From the NCBI GenBank assembly GCA_028023455.1, contig JAQFVV010000010.1, positions 11,594,001 through 11,658,000 on the forward strand: a DNA stretch of 64,000 nt, in the 5' to 3' direction. Position 1 is the first letter of the stretch, and each line of letters starts with the position of its first letter. Source of the DNA: Epiperipatus broadwayi. Taxonomy: Eukaryota; Animalia; Onychophora. Positions 62,659 to 64,000 of the stretch are shown here, in pieces. The notes under the pieces are model-generated. The model was not told the origin of the DNA. It was given only the letters and a program-made list of their open reading frames with translations, and did no database searches. The translations under genes were made by a program, and so were the position numbers.

Positions 62659-64000
62659 GTGAGTTAGTTTATGTATTCTGTTATATATTAGAGCCAGTAT
62701 TTATTTTCCTGTAAAAAAAAAAAAATTCAAATGTTTCATCCTAGTATTATTTTTAATTTATTGATAATCCAACTGATGATATAAATAACATCACTATAAC
62801 TGTACATCTCTTTGTTCATTTCCTTGCTTTACATCCAGAGAGAAATTAAGCCATATGTAACTAGGCATTCATTTATCTTTATTAGAAATATAATTTTTTT
62901 TCTATATTATTTGTGATTATGTTAGAATTAAATCTTTAATAAATTTTCAATATCAAAGCATTAAGTTTTATGCTTTTATCGAAGTTTATAACTTAATGCT
63001 TTGCTATTGTATATTGTCGTTTAACGTTAATCCATAGATAAAAGATGATTTTTCTTCCTTCGCTACTACTGAAAGGGAAGTGTTGTAATAAATTATGTAT
63101 ATAATTTAATTTCATTATTTGCTCTCTTTAACCAGTTCATCAAATCGAAGACTGGTTTCCATGTGGAGACTATTTGTTTCATATGCTAATGCAGAAAATA
63201 AAGCTATCGGAATTTGATCTTCCTAGACACTATTAGAATATCAACAGATTCAGGACAATCCATAGTTGATATGCTCATCCCTTCATAAATAGAATTTATC
63301 GGTTACTGATATATGTAAATGTCGACAAAAGCAAATTATGAAAGATATAGTTAATAACTACAAAATCTATGACTTCGGTGGCAAAATTGAAGAACTTAAT
63401 TAAGTTACTATCGAATCTATTTCATGATTGGAATCTGCATATTTTTTTATATTTTGTTAATAATTAAGCTGTCATAAAAAAAAAAATCCATATGCAAATA
63501 AATAAATAATCTATAATTTAAATAAGTATATAGTGATTGTAATAATGATGGTAAGATTTCGTATGAAAATGTGACTTCTCAATCAAAATTTTTCTTTTCT
63601 TTTTTTGACTGTTTAAAAAGTGGAAGTATTATTAAATGGAATAGTAGTGGAAGAATAGTGATATGAAGAGTTAAAGTTTCTTATATTGAGTCATAATACA
63701 ATCTGTTACATTGGTGTTTGAATGTTATAATGTTTCCTAAATAACTATCCTTATGATTATTTTTGTATCATTTTTTTTTTTTTCAAATTTAAAAGTCACC
63801 CTTTATTTATTAATTATTATTTTCTTACTATTTCAGTTTCTGTTTCTAAGTTGTTGTTTTTTAAAACTAATTTTTAAACGAGCAATGCATTTTCTAACCA
63901 AAGTATATTGGTTGTATTTGGTTAGCATTCATATCTAGAGTGGAATTTAGATTTTTTTAATTATTTTTTTTACAGATAGTTGAATAATACCTGAACAAAT

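Overview
AT-rich, repeat-dense eukaryotic (probably invertebrate) genomic DNA. The only host gene I can support is the 5' part of ALKBH6 on the + strand: three confident coding exons at 45986-46115, 50919-50965 and 62554-62658, with the rest beyond the window. The remainder is mostly transposon-derived. It includes a near full-length but frameshifted Ty3/Gypsy (Mag-like) LTR element (11285-15756, with LTRs, a 5-bp TSD, a tRNA-Ser PBS and a PPT), and LINE fragments (L1/Tx1-like, RTE, CR1/L2/Jockey-group). It also includes hAT and probable Harbinger remnants, a tRNA-Val-like SINE, a 2.05-kb repeat present twice in an ALKBH6 intron, and many fold-back palindromes. The most interesting signal is a concentration of Penelope-like-element (PLE) termini carrying minimal type I hammerhead ribozyme motifs. 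Three diverged PLE copies (7.7, 9.5 and 49.8 kb) share a non-canonical core AUGAWUA, in which the usual C3-G8 tertiary pair is replaced by A3-U8, with compensatory changes in helices I and III. Four fold-back insertions (42.7, 46.3, 48.9 and 51.4 kb) carry C3-type cores, mostly decayed, with different palindromic helix III sequences and pointing outward from the fold-back centre. All alignments and folds were done by eye, no database search or folding program was run, and the boundaries of degraded elements are approximate.
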